Shown here piece after piece: positions 26,202-39,500 of a DNA stretch of 64,000 nt; the stretch's first letter is position 1; every line of letters starts with the position of its first letter. Where the stretch lies: positions 16,189,903 to 16,253,902 of the forward strand of contig CM082577.2 of assembly GCA_040954595.2 (NCBI GenBank). Reading direction: 5' to 3'. The notes under the pieces were generated by a model that worked only from the letters and a program-made list of their open reading frames with translations, searched no databases and was not told the DNA's origin. This stretch comes from Balanoglossus misakiensis. Lineage: Eukaryota > Animalia > Hemichordata. Made by a program: the position numbers and the translations under genes.

Positions 26202-26763
26202 ATATATATCTCTATCGTGCAACATCGAGCAATCGTCTATCCAGAGTCACGGCTGCTGCTGAGATGAAAGTTAAAGATGCCAAATGTTTGGAGAGCTTGT
26301 ACAAGGCCGTAGAGAAATTCTCCCGCTTGACTGGCTATGAGGCTTCAGTGACAGTGATATACACCAGCGAGATAACCAAGATGAAGAAATCCGTGGTTCA
26401 TGGATCTCAGCACCTCACCGCAGCAATAAGTCAGCACATTCCAAAGATACTATCACACCCTCTATTTACCGATCTGGACGCATCACAAGAAGAAACCCCC
26501 ATCACCTACCGAACTTCCTGACCTCAGGCGACCTGAATACGGGGTGGGTCACTTATGCGCATCAACCTGCACACGCTCCGATCATTGGTTCCCTTTTTAC
26601 AGGGAGACAAATGCAAGTGGTGTGTGGTGGCCCATGAACATTTTATATGCCAATCCGAAGATGGATCCTAGAGATATCGCCGACAGGACTGAAGACTGGG
26701 CGTGCTGCCTAAGAAAGGTCGTCCGTTCATGTTACGTGCACCATGGCCAAGAACATTTATTAG
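26202..26763 (+). pseudogene. NRF1/Ewg/P3A2-like DNA-binding domain exon, frameshifted
   Basis: WWPMNILYAN...DWACCLRKVVRSCYVHHGQEHLL resembles NRF1 WWPEDIPWAN...SWTQALRTIVKNCYKQHGREDLL. Upstream LESLYKAVEKFSRLTGYEASV...VHGS resembles LRKLRATLDEYTTRVGQQAIV...VFG. Confidence 0.7.
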
Positions 26764-27589
26764 GTAAGAGCAGTTATACTTTCAGTCATCATTTTAATAT
26801 GGGCTGTATGTAGTATATCGATCACACACACACACACAAAAAAAAACACTTTTCGTCAACTATTCTTTTGTTTCATTTATTGGGGATCAAGATATGTACA
26901 TGCACTAGTGTAAGTTTTTTTTGTCTTTTTTTTTTCCACTGGGAAATGGAAACCTAATGGGAGATTTGAATTCTTTCTTCAATGGTGTCTTTGTGGCAAT
27001 ATGAATAACTTTAATTGGTTAAATATAATGTTCCAAAATCACTCATCAATTGCCCAAGTGTTCTAAGAGGTTTTGACAGAAATTACAATATTAGCGTACA
27101 ATATTCAAATATTCATCACGTCTTTGTTTTTATTGCAGGTGAACTTACTGATGCTACCGAATCTGATGCTACTGCTGGTGATGGTAAAAGTACACACGAC
27201 GAAGTAGAACCGATGGACACTGCTGAAGACTCAACACCTGGGTCTATTACTTTAGGTATTGAATATTAGAAAGTATGGGTGCAGATGAGCCGATGACGAA
27301 TCTAGCAGTGTTTTCACTGCATACATTGTCACATCTAAATACTTTAGATCCAACATTTTTTTTTTCATTCTTCATTTTTGAAGAAGTGACAACTACGTGG
27401 GTACTTTAACGTTTGCAAACATGTAATAAAAAGCGAAGATTTAAAATATATGTAAGATGTGTACGTTCACGTTCGCAAATGTGTAATAAAAAACAAAGAA
27501 ATATGACTTTCAGTAGCATTTGCAATACGATTTAATCTGAGCAAACATGTCTTCTCCAAGTGTTACGAAGGTCAGGCGCAGTTACATCA

Positions 27590-27700
27590 TTGAGCAGAAA
27601 CTTCATACTGTCGACTCTACCGGGTATTCGTGAGCAGGGTCTTCATAGTCTGCTCCTCGCAGCTAAGCAGTTCAACATCGACCGCAAACGTCTTCGAGAG
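27590..27700 (+). pseudogene. Brinker-type HTH fragment (pogo-like transposase N-terminus)
   Basis: SRNFILSTL...AAKQFNIDRKRLRE; short match only. Confidence 0.35.
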
Positions 27701-28269
27701 AGGAGGCTCTTCAGTGCAGCGGCGGTCCAGATAAGAAACGACGCAAGCTTCACCAGGGTGCAGTTCAGTATCGACAGGGTTCAGTTCGGACAGGTTTCTA
27801 TGTAACATATTTCAGTGAGATGTTTAATTTGTTAAATGTTCTCAAGCAAATATAATTTGTGGTCAATTACACAACACAGGACTGGATTACTTCAGCTATG
27901 TTGATATTAATCAGTGAACTTTATGGCATTCCATATTGGAAAGCAGAAACCACTTTGTATTGGAGATACGCTAGATTTATCATATGCTCATGCTGATATC
28001 ACCTCCTCCTAGTGGCTTTTAACGAGAATATCACCACGTTTAGTGTGAAATATCACCCGGTGATATTTCACTCTAAACGTCATCACTTCTTGCGCTGATA
28101 CCCGGAACTATGTTCATGAAAATGGCGACCTTAAATGTAAACGAACATTTCATATACCGATAGTCAACATTGAAAGTCATGGGGTTCCGATGGCCACGGA
28201 CATGTGTTATAAAGAAAATATTTATCTTGTGTGATTGATTTAAAAAAAAAACACGATTGTTAGTTACAC

Positions 28270-28480
28270 CTGCAAAAAATTCCACCGCCTCGCTGAGACA
28301 GCAGGAAGAGATGTCAAACATCCTTGCTCCATCTTCATCCAAACACGTCGAAAATCGAGCATTTTCACGTGTGAAATCTGGTTCGATCAGTTCAAGTACG
28401 TGTCAGATGGAAACGGCGACAACGGGTGGTATATTTAGCAATGCAGTGATACATGGCGGCTCGTTCAATATGTTTCCAAT
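28270..28480 (+). pseudogene. C-terminal remnant of a Crypton-type tyrosine recombinase (DUF3504-like)
   Basis: ASLRQQEEMSNILA...GGIFSNAVIHGGSFN tail pattern; hairpin at ~28036-28080 nearby. No catalytic residues visible. Confidence 0.45.
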
Positions 28481-28685
28481 GCGACGTCGACGGGATCATC
28501 CTCCATGACACAGCCCCCGCCACCGTACAAACAACGCCGTCATGCAGTCAGATATGACTCTCCATGCTCATCAGAAAATTCACAAAAAATGAAAGCTGCA
28601 AACAGCATTGTCGGGGCCCAAGCTCTATTTTCTGATCTGATATTAGATATGCACATAAGTAATGAGTAGAAACATAATGCTACAC

Positions 28686-28825
28686 ATAATCCCATGATAT
28701 CTTTCTTTGTTTGACGTCATCGTATCGAGCAGTACAACTTCGAGCCGCAGGCGAGAAGTTGTACGCTTCCGAGAAAACCACGAGTATACGGTGACGTTAA
28801 ACAAAGAAAGAAATCATGGGATTAT
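28686..28825. repeat. Palindromic mini-element
   Basis: ATAATCCCATGAT..CTTTCTTTGTTT ... AAACAAAGAAAG..ATCATGGGATTAT arms around a central CGAGCCGCAGGCGAG. Confidence 0.7.
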
Positions 28826-29504
28826 ATATTTATCACATGAACAGTCTTCTTATTTTTCGTTAGAAGAGGCAGGACTAAAAAAATTCAGTATCTTGCAACA
28901 ATTTTGGAGCGGCGTCGTATTTTACTGAGCGGGATTATTTTCCCCCACGAGATATATGTTAGAAGATTTTATGAATGATTAGTGATATGTCATCATTTGC
29001 ATATATGCAAATGATGAACTATCGCTGTTCATTCAAATAATCTCCCAACAAGTCGTCCCGTTGAGTTCCGTTCGCCCTCGAAGTTCGGCCTTACACAAAT
29101 GTAATCGATTCTCCAACAAACAGCAGGAAAAATGCATTTTGTCATATTTTGGCTTTAAACTCAAATTAAAATTAATCTGTGAAAAAACCGAGTCTTCTTC
29201 AAAGCCACGTACATGACAGTCCTTTTGATTTTTTTCTTATTAAATTTTGTCTCCATGTTTATCATGAGTAATATTTCTATTGAAAATTTGCAAGTGTGTG
29301 AATTGTTTGTAAAATTTCGCCAGAAAAAACAATAGCATCAAAAAGTAAATCTGAAACCCAATATTTATTACAAGAATTGTTAGATTAATATCTGTATCAC
29401 ACAAATCCGTTGGATTTCGTATGAATTTTAGGAAATAAGCACTGCTCATTCACAAATCCATATTTGGCAGCTGAAATACTTGGAAAAGAGTCAGTGGAAT
29501 GCAA

Positions 29505-29663
29505 GAGCTTGGAAATTTCCAAGCACTGACAAGGGTCAGTGGTCGGAAATTTCCAGACACTCAGGGAATGTGAGAGCTTAGAAATTTCCAAGCACTGACA
29601 AGGGTCAGTGGTCGGAAATTTCCAGACACTCAGGGAATGTGAGAGCCTGGAAATTTCCAAGCA
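29505..29663. repeat. Minisatellite, ~69 bp x 2.3
   Basis: GAGCTTGGAAATTTCCAAGCACTGACAAGGGTCAGTGGTCGGAAATTTCCAGACACTCAGGGAATGTGA repeated. Confidence 0.9.
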
Positions 29664-30703
29664 TGAATGGCTAGAAACTGCATTTTTGTGGGTTCAAAAG
29701 CAAAAGTTGTCGGGCAAAAGTGTGATATCCACCCCTAAATGTATCTAAAAAAGATGAACACCGCTTTTGCACTTTAAAATGCAAGTGCCCCCCCCCCCCT
29801 GCCACCAGCCGTTAAAAATGAACGGTCCCTAAACAATGCAGCTGGAACCTTTATCTGACCAGTCAGCGGCTATTTTGTTTTTACAAATCGTTCTATAGTA
29901 TTTCCCCAGACCCTTTTCTGGAGCACAGCGTAAGACACAGAGAGGGCTGGGTAACCTAGATTTGCAACAGAGCTTCCAACGCGGAAAAATGACATTCACC
30001 AGCAGTAATTTCTTACAGATAGAAACACTTTTCATGCTCCGCAACAGCAATACTGTTGGGAGTCTGTCTTTTCTATTTGTCAGTAAATAACCTAACATGT
30101 ACACGAAAAAAAGTATCTTTATGTCATGATTTTTGTATATTGGCATATAACTTTCATAGCTAGGTCTATCATTTGGAAATTATGTACATAATTTTCTTTT
30201 CTCTCCACTTCCCACCATCAATTATAAACCGCAATACTTCTTGCAAGATGTTTTACAGTGTCAGAACATGGATTGTGTCGGTTTGTGTATTCTTGGACCA
30301 TTCTCACGCTCCCATTCTCTTCTTCGAACTTTTCAGCCTGCTAGCCTTAGGCATGCCCATGTTTAAAAGTAGTGTCTCGTCTGCTTCCTTACAATTAAAA
30401 GAAATGAAATAGTCCTGGCCACCGTTGTCTCGCCAACCTTTGACCTTATAAAGCAGAACCATGTTGGTCCTCTTCTGGTTGTTTCTAAGATTTTCACAAT
30501 TGTCTTATGATAGACTACGCTGTTTATGTCAATTGTAAAAGGTGTCAACTAGGACCAGAGTCGGACAAAACGTGTCGACACACACCAGGTTGAGACCAGG
30601 GTCGGACAAGAATCAACCACAAGCCACCCCATTCGACCACGACAAAAATTGTCAGGACAAGGTTCTGCTCGGCCACGGACCTTGCTAGGACAAGGGCCTA
30701 GCC

Positions 30704-31100
30704 TTTATAGGTCCCATTGGTATAGGCATATATACCATGGGACCTTATGGGATCGGTTGCGTCTGTATGTATGTATGGATGGATGGGTGGATGTATGTAT
30801 GGATGTATGTCTGTATGTCCGTCCACATCAAAAACTTGAAAACCGCTGCGCGTATCACCTCAATATTTGGTGTGTAGGTGCAGGCTGGGCTGTAGATGGG
30901 AGTTTGTCCCAACGAAGTTGCCAGGCCCAAAAATATGCAAATTAGCTGGAAAAATGTGAAATTTATCAAAACTCTGAAAGTCAACAACTACTCGTCAGAT
31001 TGCTTTAAAAATTGGTATGCATGTACCATATGTCAACCTCACATCGACCTGTAAGTGTTAAGTTAATATCATGGATGTTTTATTTTTTATGAATTTTTTA
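30704..31100 (+). mobile_element. HINE-like element family 2, 5' part
   Basis: TTTATAGGTCCCATTGGTAT...ATACCATGGGACCT head hairpin followed by GTAT/GGAT microsatellite. Confidence 0.6.
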
Positions 31101-31229
31101 GTCTTTTTATTAAATTTATACCTTTACTTATACCTCTATGGTTAAGCTATGTCCACGTCTTAATGTGGAATTCTGGTCTGTGCAATAGTCCTGTACAGTG
31201 ACTGTCTATTGGTCAGTGAGCACAATGGG

Positions 31230-31741
31230 GCCAAAATAAAAGGCAAAATTTTGGGCTCACCTGTAACACCTGCTTAACACATTAATTATGTGCATACCTA
31301 ATTCCGGGCTAACTTATAGGGCTAGAGGTTTCGTTCTTGTGGGACATGGACCAGTATAGGGTCAAAATTTCTTGCCCAAATTTTGGGTGACCTCAGGTGA
31401 CCTTTGACCTACTTTCCTATATCTTGGCATCCAGAGCAGGTACAGACTTGGCGTTTGGAGGGTTGGGACTAAAATTGAAAAGCCAAAATTTGGGGTCATC
31501 TGTGACACCTGCATATCTCATTAATTATGTACATACCTAATTCCAGGCTAACCAATAGAGCTATAGGTTTGGTTTTTGTTGAACATGGACCAGTATATGG
31601 TCAAAATTTCTTGCCCAAATTTTGCATGACCTCAGGTGACCTTTGACCTACTTTTCCATATCTTGGCATCCAGAGCAGATATGCTTATTGCTATGTTGCT
31701 ATGTTGCTATGTTGGCTTGGGCCCGCTATTGCTGCTTGCAG
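31230..31741 (+). mobile_element. HINE-like element 3' part with two ~240-bp units
   Basis: GTGACCTTTGACCTACTT units; ends CTTGGGCCCGCTATTGCTGCTTGCAG. Confidence 0.65.
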
Positions 31742-32511
31742 ATCTGCTTGCAATGTCACCTGTAATTTTTATTCTGGTGTGTCACTGTTTCCGCATAATC
31801 CTCAAATGGGACCACAGTGTCCTTGACGCTATTTTTTGAGTAATGGATTTCATCGTCTGTCAAGGTTTCACTAGAGCAAGAAATCTTAGTTTCTGCTGTC
31901 TTTTGCTATCTGATCAGACCGTTTTGCTTTAATTGATTATTTTATCGAAATACTCAATTTTGTACCTGTCGCTCGTTTGATGACGCAGTGACATTGTCTC
32001 AGCACTGCTAACCTTGTGACAGTTTTGGTCCCGGTTGTTGCGATAAGAATGTACACAGGTAAAACTAACCGTCCGTCATCCATATTTATACATGTGAAAA
32101 ATTGTTTTAAATATCTATGTAAATAAAACCAACAATTGCACTGAATTTTGCCGCCCGAAGGGGACTTTGTTTACAAGTGTAAAATAGTTACGGTTGGTGA
32201 CGTCAGAGGGATGGTAATAACAATAATGCTTGGTCCATATTTACCTACTTCTGACGTCATACTATGGTAATATGCGAAGCTATGTATGTGATAACTATTC
32301 TTACCAGACTGAACATGACATTCCAGAAGGATAACATTGACATTGCTGGTTTGAATCCCACTGTGTCTATGGCCATTCAGCAACTACAGGGAGTTCAGAG
32401 ATGGCAACTTGAATGGCTACTATGAAGACATGCTGGCCAAGGACTTGAACTCTGATTCTGACTCTGTAAGTTTCAATTATTGACACCCAGGAAACTAAAC
32501 ATGAGTGGTCA

Positions 32512-32690
32512 TTGGCCAAGAATTTGGTGTTGCAACAAGCTTATCCCACGGATAATTTCACTATCCTGTGGAAATTGATGATCAATAATCACAAACACAC
32601 TGTTCCCAATTTGATCAAATTGGCAAAAATAGCTGCAGTTTTGCCTGTAAACACATCAATTTGTGAACAAGGTTTCTCAGCACAAGAACA
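32512..32690 (+). pseudogene. hAT transposase C-terminal dimerisation domain fragment
   Basis: PNLIKLAKIAAVLPVNTSICEQGFS matches PNL..LA.I...LP.ST..CERGFS. Confidence 0.75.
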
Positions 32691-35343
32691 GTCCTCCCGC
32701 AGTTGTTCTTTTTTGTGTAAATACTATAATTTATTTATAACATGAAGTATGCCATTTTTGCTTTCATTGAAGAAGACACTGCTGATATTGGCAAGATAAA
32801 GTGGATTGAGGGGTATGAAAAACATACTGTTAAATTTTTTAAGACCAAACCCGAAGTTATTGTACAGTGGCCAAGAAGGTTTTTTTGCAATGTGTAGCGA
32901 AAGTAATTGAATTTGGAGGCGAGTTTCTTTTTTTCTTCTTCTGCAACTCTTTTCCCTTGTTAAACATTTTGAGGTCATGGTTTACCAGCAAATGCTCTAT
33001 AGTAATTATATAAAAAAACTAAGCGGTGGTTTGTTGACTTGTTTCATATGGCAACCAAACAGGGAGAGGGAGAGCAACATTCTTGTCTATGACTTCAATA
33101 CAGTTGATACTAGCTACTGAAGCCTTACGAATGTTACAGATTCATGTTTATGTGCTGTACCTTGAAAATCCATTTGTTTTTTCTTTTGTTGTGTAATTAT
33201 GGCAATAGCTTTATTAAAAAGCAACAACTTGTTTTTTTTATATTGTGTGCTCTCCATATATGGTGTGAAAATTCTTTGTTTTAAATGATAAAAATAAGTT
33301 GCAGAGGCACCTGGAACATTTTTTATGGAACTGGGAACAAGAACCCACCGGACATCCCAATACTTGGAAAAGGAAAACCTGGAAGAGTTCTGAACAGAAT
33401 GTACATTTTGAGTGATGACGAGGAACATGATGCAGTATCTCAATAAATTAAGGTAAGATGATAACATCTGAAGAATTAATGTAGTTTGAGATAATGATGA
33501 GACTGTCCTAAAGTTAAGACGTATTTCGGCCGATTTCCCGAACTACTACCCACTACATGTGACTACCATGCTAATGAAACCTCCCACAACATTAGCGGCT
33601 GAGGGTCACAGTCCTATGCCGCATTACATTGAATGTTAACCAGTGTAGCCGGGTCTGGATAGAAACATTTGAACAGCAGCTGCAGAAGTCATAGTGCCAC
33701 TGCAGACAGCCAGATAATGGTAATATGGGATGCTGCAGCCAGTGTAGGGAATGGTACCATGGTGTATGTGACAGTGTGACAGAGACTGTGTGGACTAAAT
33801 AACAATCTGTGTTGTCACAGATGGAGTTTGTGTTGTCACAGATGGAGTTTGTAAGTGTATGAAGCTTTCCCCTTCTGGCTCCTTGCCTTCCTTATCATCT
33901 TGCCTTTGTTTTCCTTCCCCTGTCTTTTGCACTCATCACCTGGCGTCCCCCCCTCTAGGCATTTGCATATCTTTTGTCTTATCATCTAATTGCTCACGGA
34001 ATCTCTTCAGTCAGCAGGAGTGCGACATCTCAGCTGTTCTCTCTCTTCATATTCCCTTGTTTTGTTTCACTCAACTTTTCAATGCAGTACAGCGACACGG
34101 AATGTCACAACGCGGGACGCGGTGATCACGCCAGCTCAAATATGGCGACTGAGGTGAACCAGCTGGTGCGTCAGCCATATGAAGAGTTGAATCGTCAGGT
34201 CCCTTACGAAACAGGACAAGCGGGACGTCAGGATGTGACATGAATGGCGGTCCAGCACAGGAGACCCGTGGAAGCACAGCTGCAGTGACCACTCCATCGT
34301 CACAGCTGCGACCCGACCAACCCACCATTACCGCATCAAGCTCAAACGTGGGGTCAGTGTCGGCGGAGTCGTTTGTGTAACTTTACATTATAGAGACTCT
34401 GCAACCCAAGCTTTCTTAAAGGTCACATTTGCCTGTACATAGTAGCGGTGTTGGATGTTTATTTCAGAGAGAAATGAAATGTAATCATTAACTAGCTGTA
34501 CATTCAAATTATGTTAACTTGGACGTTCTAGAATATATACCGCAACCGTGCTGCAACAGGCTCCACTGATCACCAGATAATACCAAACCCCCTGTTTACT
34601 TAACTTTTGCGACATATGCGCTGCAAAAGGCTCCACTGATCACCAGTAGTACAAGACACACTGTGTTAACCTAAATGTTGTGTAATACGTGCCGCAAATG
34701 GCTTGACTGATCGCCAGAAGTGTGCCTGTACTGGCGACCCTGCATCATTTGGACGGTTGTGGCAGCAAGAAAGGGGGAGAAATCTGTTGCAGGGAAGACT
34801 GTGATAAGCGGTGTCAAGGCGGTGCAAAGACGAGCTCAACAAGAATGGTCAGCGAACTCCAAGAACTCCAACAAAGAACAAAGCTTGCAGGCAACAACAA
34901 AGCTCGAGGAAGAACCACGACTCTACATATCAGTGTTTTCCTTTGAAAGACTACACCAAATGTTTTTGGCGAACCACCACCAGATGCTGGGTTTTTTGAC
35001 AAACTTTCTAGACTATACGAGTTCCTAGCCGCAAACAGAGCAGGTAGGTCACAGCTAGACAGAAACCCTTTCTTAAGTTTGTACAACAGGTACGGTACAC
35101 GGCACATTATATTTTACATGATGCACTACGATTCATACTCGCCAGGGAAGGGCCTGCACAAATAAGATACATTTCACGGATACACTGCGTAGCTAACGAC
35201 GCCATGCTCGAACGCGGAACTACTTCGAACCAATCAACCGAAGTCTCGTGTGAAGGTGATTTACGTACTTTTCTCATAGTTGCTTTCGAAAGCAAAGGGT
35301 GCGGACGTGTATATACGTACGTACGTGTAAGACATAGCTAACC

Positions 35344-36579
35344 ATGCCAAAGTTATCAAAGCGAAGGAGGCAGTCGCGTGAAGCCAGTAGTGCGTCCGCA
35401 AAATGTTCAGTTTCGGACACGCCCGCCACGTGTCCGGTTGCTACTGCTATACTCGATCTTTCCTCAGAAGTTTTGATGAAAATTTTTGGTTATCTTTGTT
35501 ATTTTAATGCCGATAAAAGTAAAAAGTTATGTTCGTTACGTATGGTTTGTTCACGTTTTTACGCTGTTAGTTGTTGTGATATTTTTTTATTGAGTATGAT
35601 TAAATGCATTGATTTCAATACATGTAAGAGTGGTAACATCTCAAAACATTTATTTCGTAAGTTTAAACTGATGAAGGTGAGGGCTGAGGCAGGCAATGAA
35701 CTCGGTAGTCATATCAACGCTATAATTTCTATGGGGCAAAGTCAAGTTCGAGCAGGGTTGAGAAAGTTGCTCAACACACAAAGGGGAGGTCCCGATCATA
35801 GTTACGTTGATGCTGCTATTTCCGTTTTATTTAGTTCAAACCGGTTGCCATTGTCTCAAACAAAAAGTAAATGAAATATGTACAAAATTTTAAGTACACC
35901 GGGTAATAGGAAATAAGATATCTGAAAATGACAAAGTGGGGTTGTGGAGGGCTCGTCTGAAAAATGACAGGGACTTTGCCAAAAGCCTTTTTACTGTAGC
36001 TTTTTTCAAGGAGGCTACAACCAGCGATTTCGATGTGCTCCCCCTTCCTATCAAACTGGCCATTTTGAGGGGTACGGATGTGGAGACTTCTCAAAATATA
36101 ACATATGGACAGAGAGAGAAGCTGGACATATGTCTATTCGTCTGGGGGGTGGATTGTCTGAAAGTGATTACCACTGCTTGGAAAAATCACTAAGATCAAA
36201 TGATAATGTTTCAAGGATATCAAGGCTTTCCCAACTGAAATTAAATCTGGGGCGTTTTTATGAAGTGGTGGAAACAACAAGTGAAAATAAAAAGGGGTGG
36301 AGGGTAAAATCAATTGAGAAACAAATAATAGACCAATTAGGGGGGATTTCAAATAATTACAATTTAAATATTGATGTAAATAATAAGACTGATTGCCACA
36401 ACTTAGAAATTGTAGTGGGGAAGGGAGGGGACACTTTCCAAGATAGTAAAGGCATAACCTCGAAGACTAGGCGTATTTTCATAGCTATTGTGTTTTCTTT
36501 GCATCAGTTGATAAACTATCATCCGCAAAGTCGAAAAATTTGTCATCTATTGACAGTTTTCATGAGCTATAACCCATGA
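35344..36579 (+). pseudogene. F-box-containing gene, frameshifted; probable further exons at ~36954-37208, 37977-38178 and 38527-38800
   Basis: Basic N-terminus MPKLSKRRRQ, then ILDLSSEVLMKIFGYL...LCSLRMVCSRFYAV (F-box consensus). Continues through overlapping ORFs 35936-36193 and 36130-36579. Confidence 0.55.
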
Positions 36580-39500
36580 AAAACATGCAAAAACGCTTAG
36601 TTTGTGACGCTGTGACACCAATCGGAAAATGGTATCACCCACACCAAGGTAGGCGGAAGTTGGTCCTGGCGCTTTTTTTCCCATGATTCAAATTACAGTA
36701 AACGCCATATTGGAAATTCTGCCAACTTTCCCTCGATTTTTTTTTTTAAATTGCGCGTCTTATACATGGCGAACATGTTTTTTCTGAAAGAGTGACCTCA
36801 AAGCTACCAAATTATGTAGAAATCAGCTACGCCGGATTTCCCCTTTAACTATATTATATAAAGACATCTGATAGAAGAGCACTTACCTGGCCTGGATGAA
36901 ATGCACATATTCTTGACAATTAATATAATTCTATATTTGTCTACTATTCACAGATAACATTCTCCTCATCCAAAGTGCTTGAATATAACATCATGGAGTA
37001 CCATGAAGGGGATGGGGAGAACCCTTTCAATGAATTGGCATTTATCGATAATGCCACTTTGTTTGTGGACAGATACAATGCCATAGTAACCTCCATGGAT
37101 AAGTCTGTAGACTTGTTTTCAGACAGCGAGGATTAAGTCTGTAGACTTGTTTTCAGACAGCGAGGATTCCATGGAGGTTGATGAGATTGCTCCTGTGCCA
37201 TGTGGAAGGTAAACATTTTCTGAAGACAGTGTTTCTTGATGTCAAATTTACATATGAAAATGACAATCAAGACTATGTGTTGTAAATTTGACATCAAGAA
37301 ACACTCTCTTCAGAAAATGTTTACCTTCCACATAGTCTTGATTGTCATTTTCATATAAAAGGAGTGTACTCTGCAGTGAAGTTTAATTGTGGTGGAAGAC
37401 AATGTGAAAATTACTGTGAAACAAATGATTTACATAAGAATGGTCAGTTGCAGCATAATGTTGTTGCTGTTGCACAAATCAGTACCACTAGACAAATTCA
37501 ATTTCTAGTTCAATTAGAGCAGTTCATCGTTTTGCATTTCCGTTTTATTATTTTAATTTGAAACAAGACATGTACTGGTTTAAACACTATTGTGCTTATC
37601 ACCCTAATGGGAATTTGTCATTGATCATGTGTGGATACTGGATCAGTATATGTTGGATACATTTATTTATAATTACATAGTTGCAACTGAAATTGTTATT
37701 AAGACTATCCTTAAGACCATACCAACAAAGTTTACATATTAAGTCTTAAGGAGGGTTAAAAACAGTTCCATATGGCAACTTATGTGCTGATTCTCTGACC
37801 ACAAGAGTACAATGATAGGATACTACATATCAATAACACTCATATAATACACTTTGTGTTTCAAACTAAAATCATCAAAATTGCCCACAGATGCAAAGCT
37901 TATGCTTGTAAGAATATAATTATATTTGTCACGATATCACATACTGCACCTTTAACAAGTGATTCACCTTTTTTAGCTCAACACCTGTCACCATGGACGG
38001 GGAGGAAGAGGAGAACTTAGGGAGGTTTTGGGAAATTGTGGAAATTTTCCGGAAATCCCTTCTTGAGAAATATGGCAGCCATGATCCTCCAAAGAAGGAC
38101 AGAACACGGACGGAGGATGCCAGAAGATTACTACAAGAGTTTCCAGAGAACAAAAACAAATTGTATAAATCAAAAAAGGTAAGCATGAAGCATTCTTCTC
38201 TCACTTACATGTAGGTATGGTTCTCTGTGTCAGTACACTGCTCCATAGGGAGGACCGAACCATCATAGCTTTGTGTAGCAAACTCTCGCCAGGCAAAGAG
38301 GTTGTGAGAGAATCTAAGTTTTTATTTTGGGGGAAGGTAAGACAACTTTGCTGGCCCACCCCTGGTTATAATAACCGTACACTCCCTAACTTTGATGCAT
38401 GGTTGAAGTTGTAAAGTGAGCTTCAACAATGGATACTGATTTTCAATGTTATGGACAGCCTGTTCAACTTTTTAAATGCTATCTGATACAATTTTAACAG
38501 AGTTCCCTTTCACGTTCCTTTTGCAGGAAAAAGCATGTGGTATTCCCAATGAAAATTACTACAACCATATGGCTGTGGCCCAGTTTTCTAACCAGTTATT
38601 TTCTTTATCTAAATGGTTAAGTTGTACAATGAGGGTGTACTGAAGGGACTAAGAAATGCGTCAAACATTTGCAAACAAACTATGTTTCAAAATGCTAAGT
38701 ATGTCCCTGAAGGCACCCTCATTGGTTTTTTAACCAACTGATAGACAAGAAAATAACTGTACAACAGTTTAAAGAACTTTGTAAAGAAAACAAACCTCAG
38801 GTAAGTTTCTTTCAAATTTACTTATATTCATCAGAAGATTATTTATTGGTAATCATGTCCTTTGGGAGCCAATTATCTATAGATGTGTAAAGGCCATGAA
38901 GAATCTTCTCTATAATACCATATGACTAATGTAGTAATGATTAATGGAAGCAACTGTTGCCAACTATGTGAGTGAGTGCTGCCAGTGTCATGAACAATCT
39001 AATCAACCATCTAGTTTTCTTGAGAAAACACTGATATGACCAAGAAATATCCCTTATGATTGGCATCTTTCTAAAAAGCCTATGTGACATCATCACATCC
39101 TTCTCCCATACTTACCATCCTATGTACTTGCAGTGACTTTCTCTCTTGTGCTCAACTGTACTTGTCACTAAATTATGAGAAATCCAGCTAACTCACAATT
39201 CTTTTGAAAACGGGGTACCATATCAACATATACATGTTTATGTGGACCTCATACAGTTGTTTTGGGCTAATATTGTTTATTTTTATAATTTTTCTTGTCA
39301 TTTTCCTAATTTGGTCACAAATCTTCTTCTCTGAAATCGTTTACCAATGGTGCATGCAGTAAAATGTTGGATGGTGAATCCCCATTTGTACATCTCACTG
39401 AGTTATGTTGAAAGTCCAGTATGACATAAAACATAACCACCATTTGAACATTTTGCTCAACTTAAGCTGGAAAAAGTACCCAACTTATATTTCTCTATAT

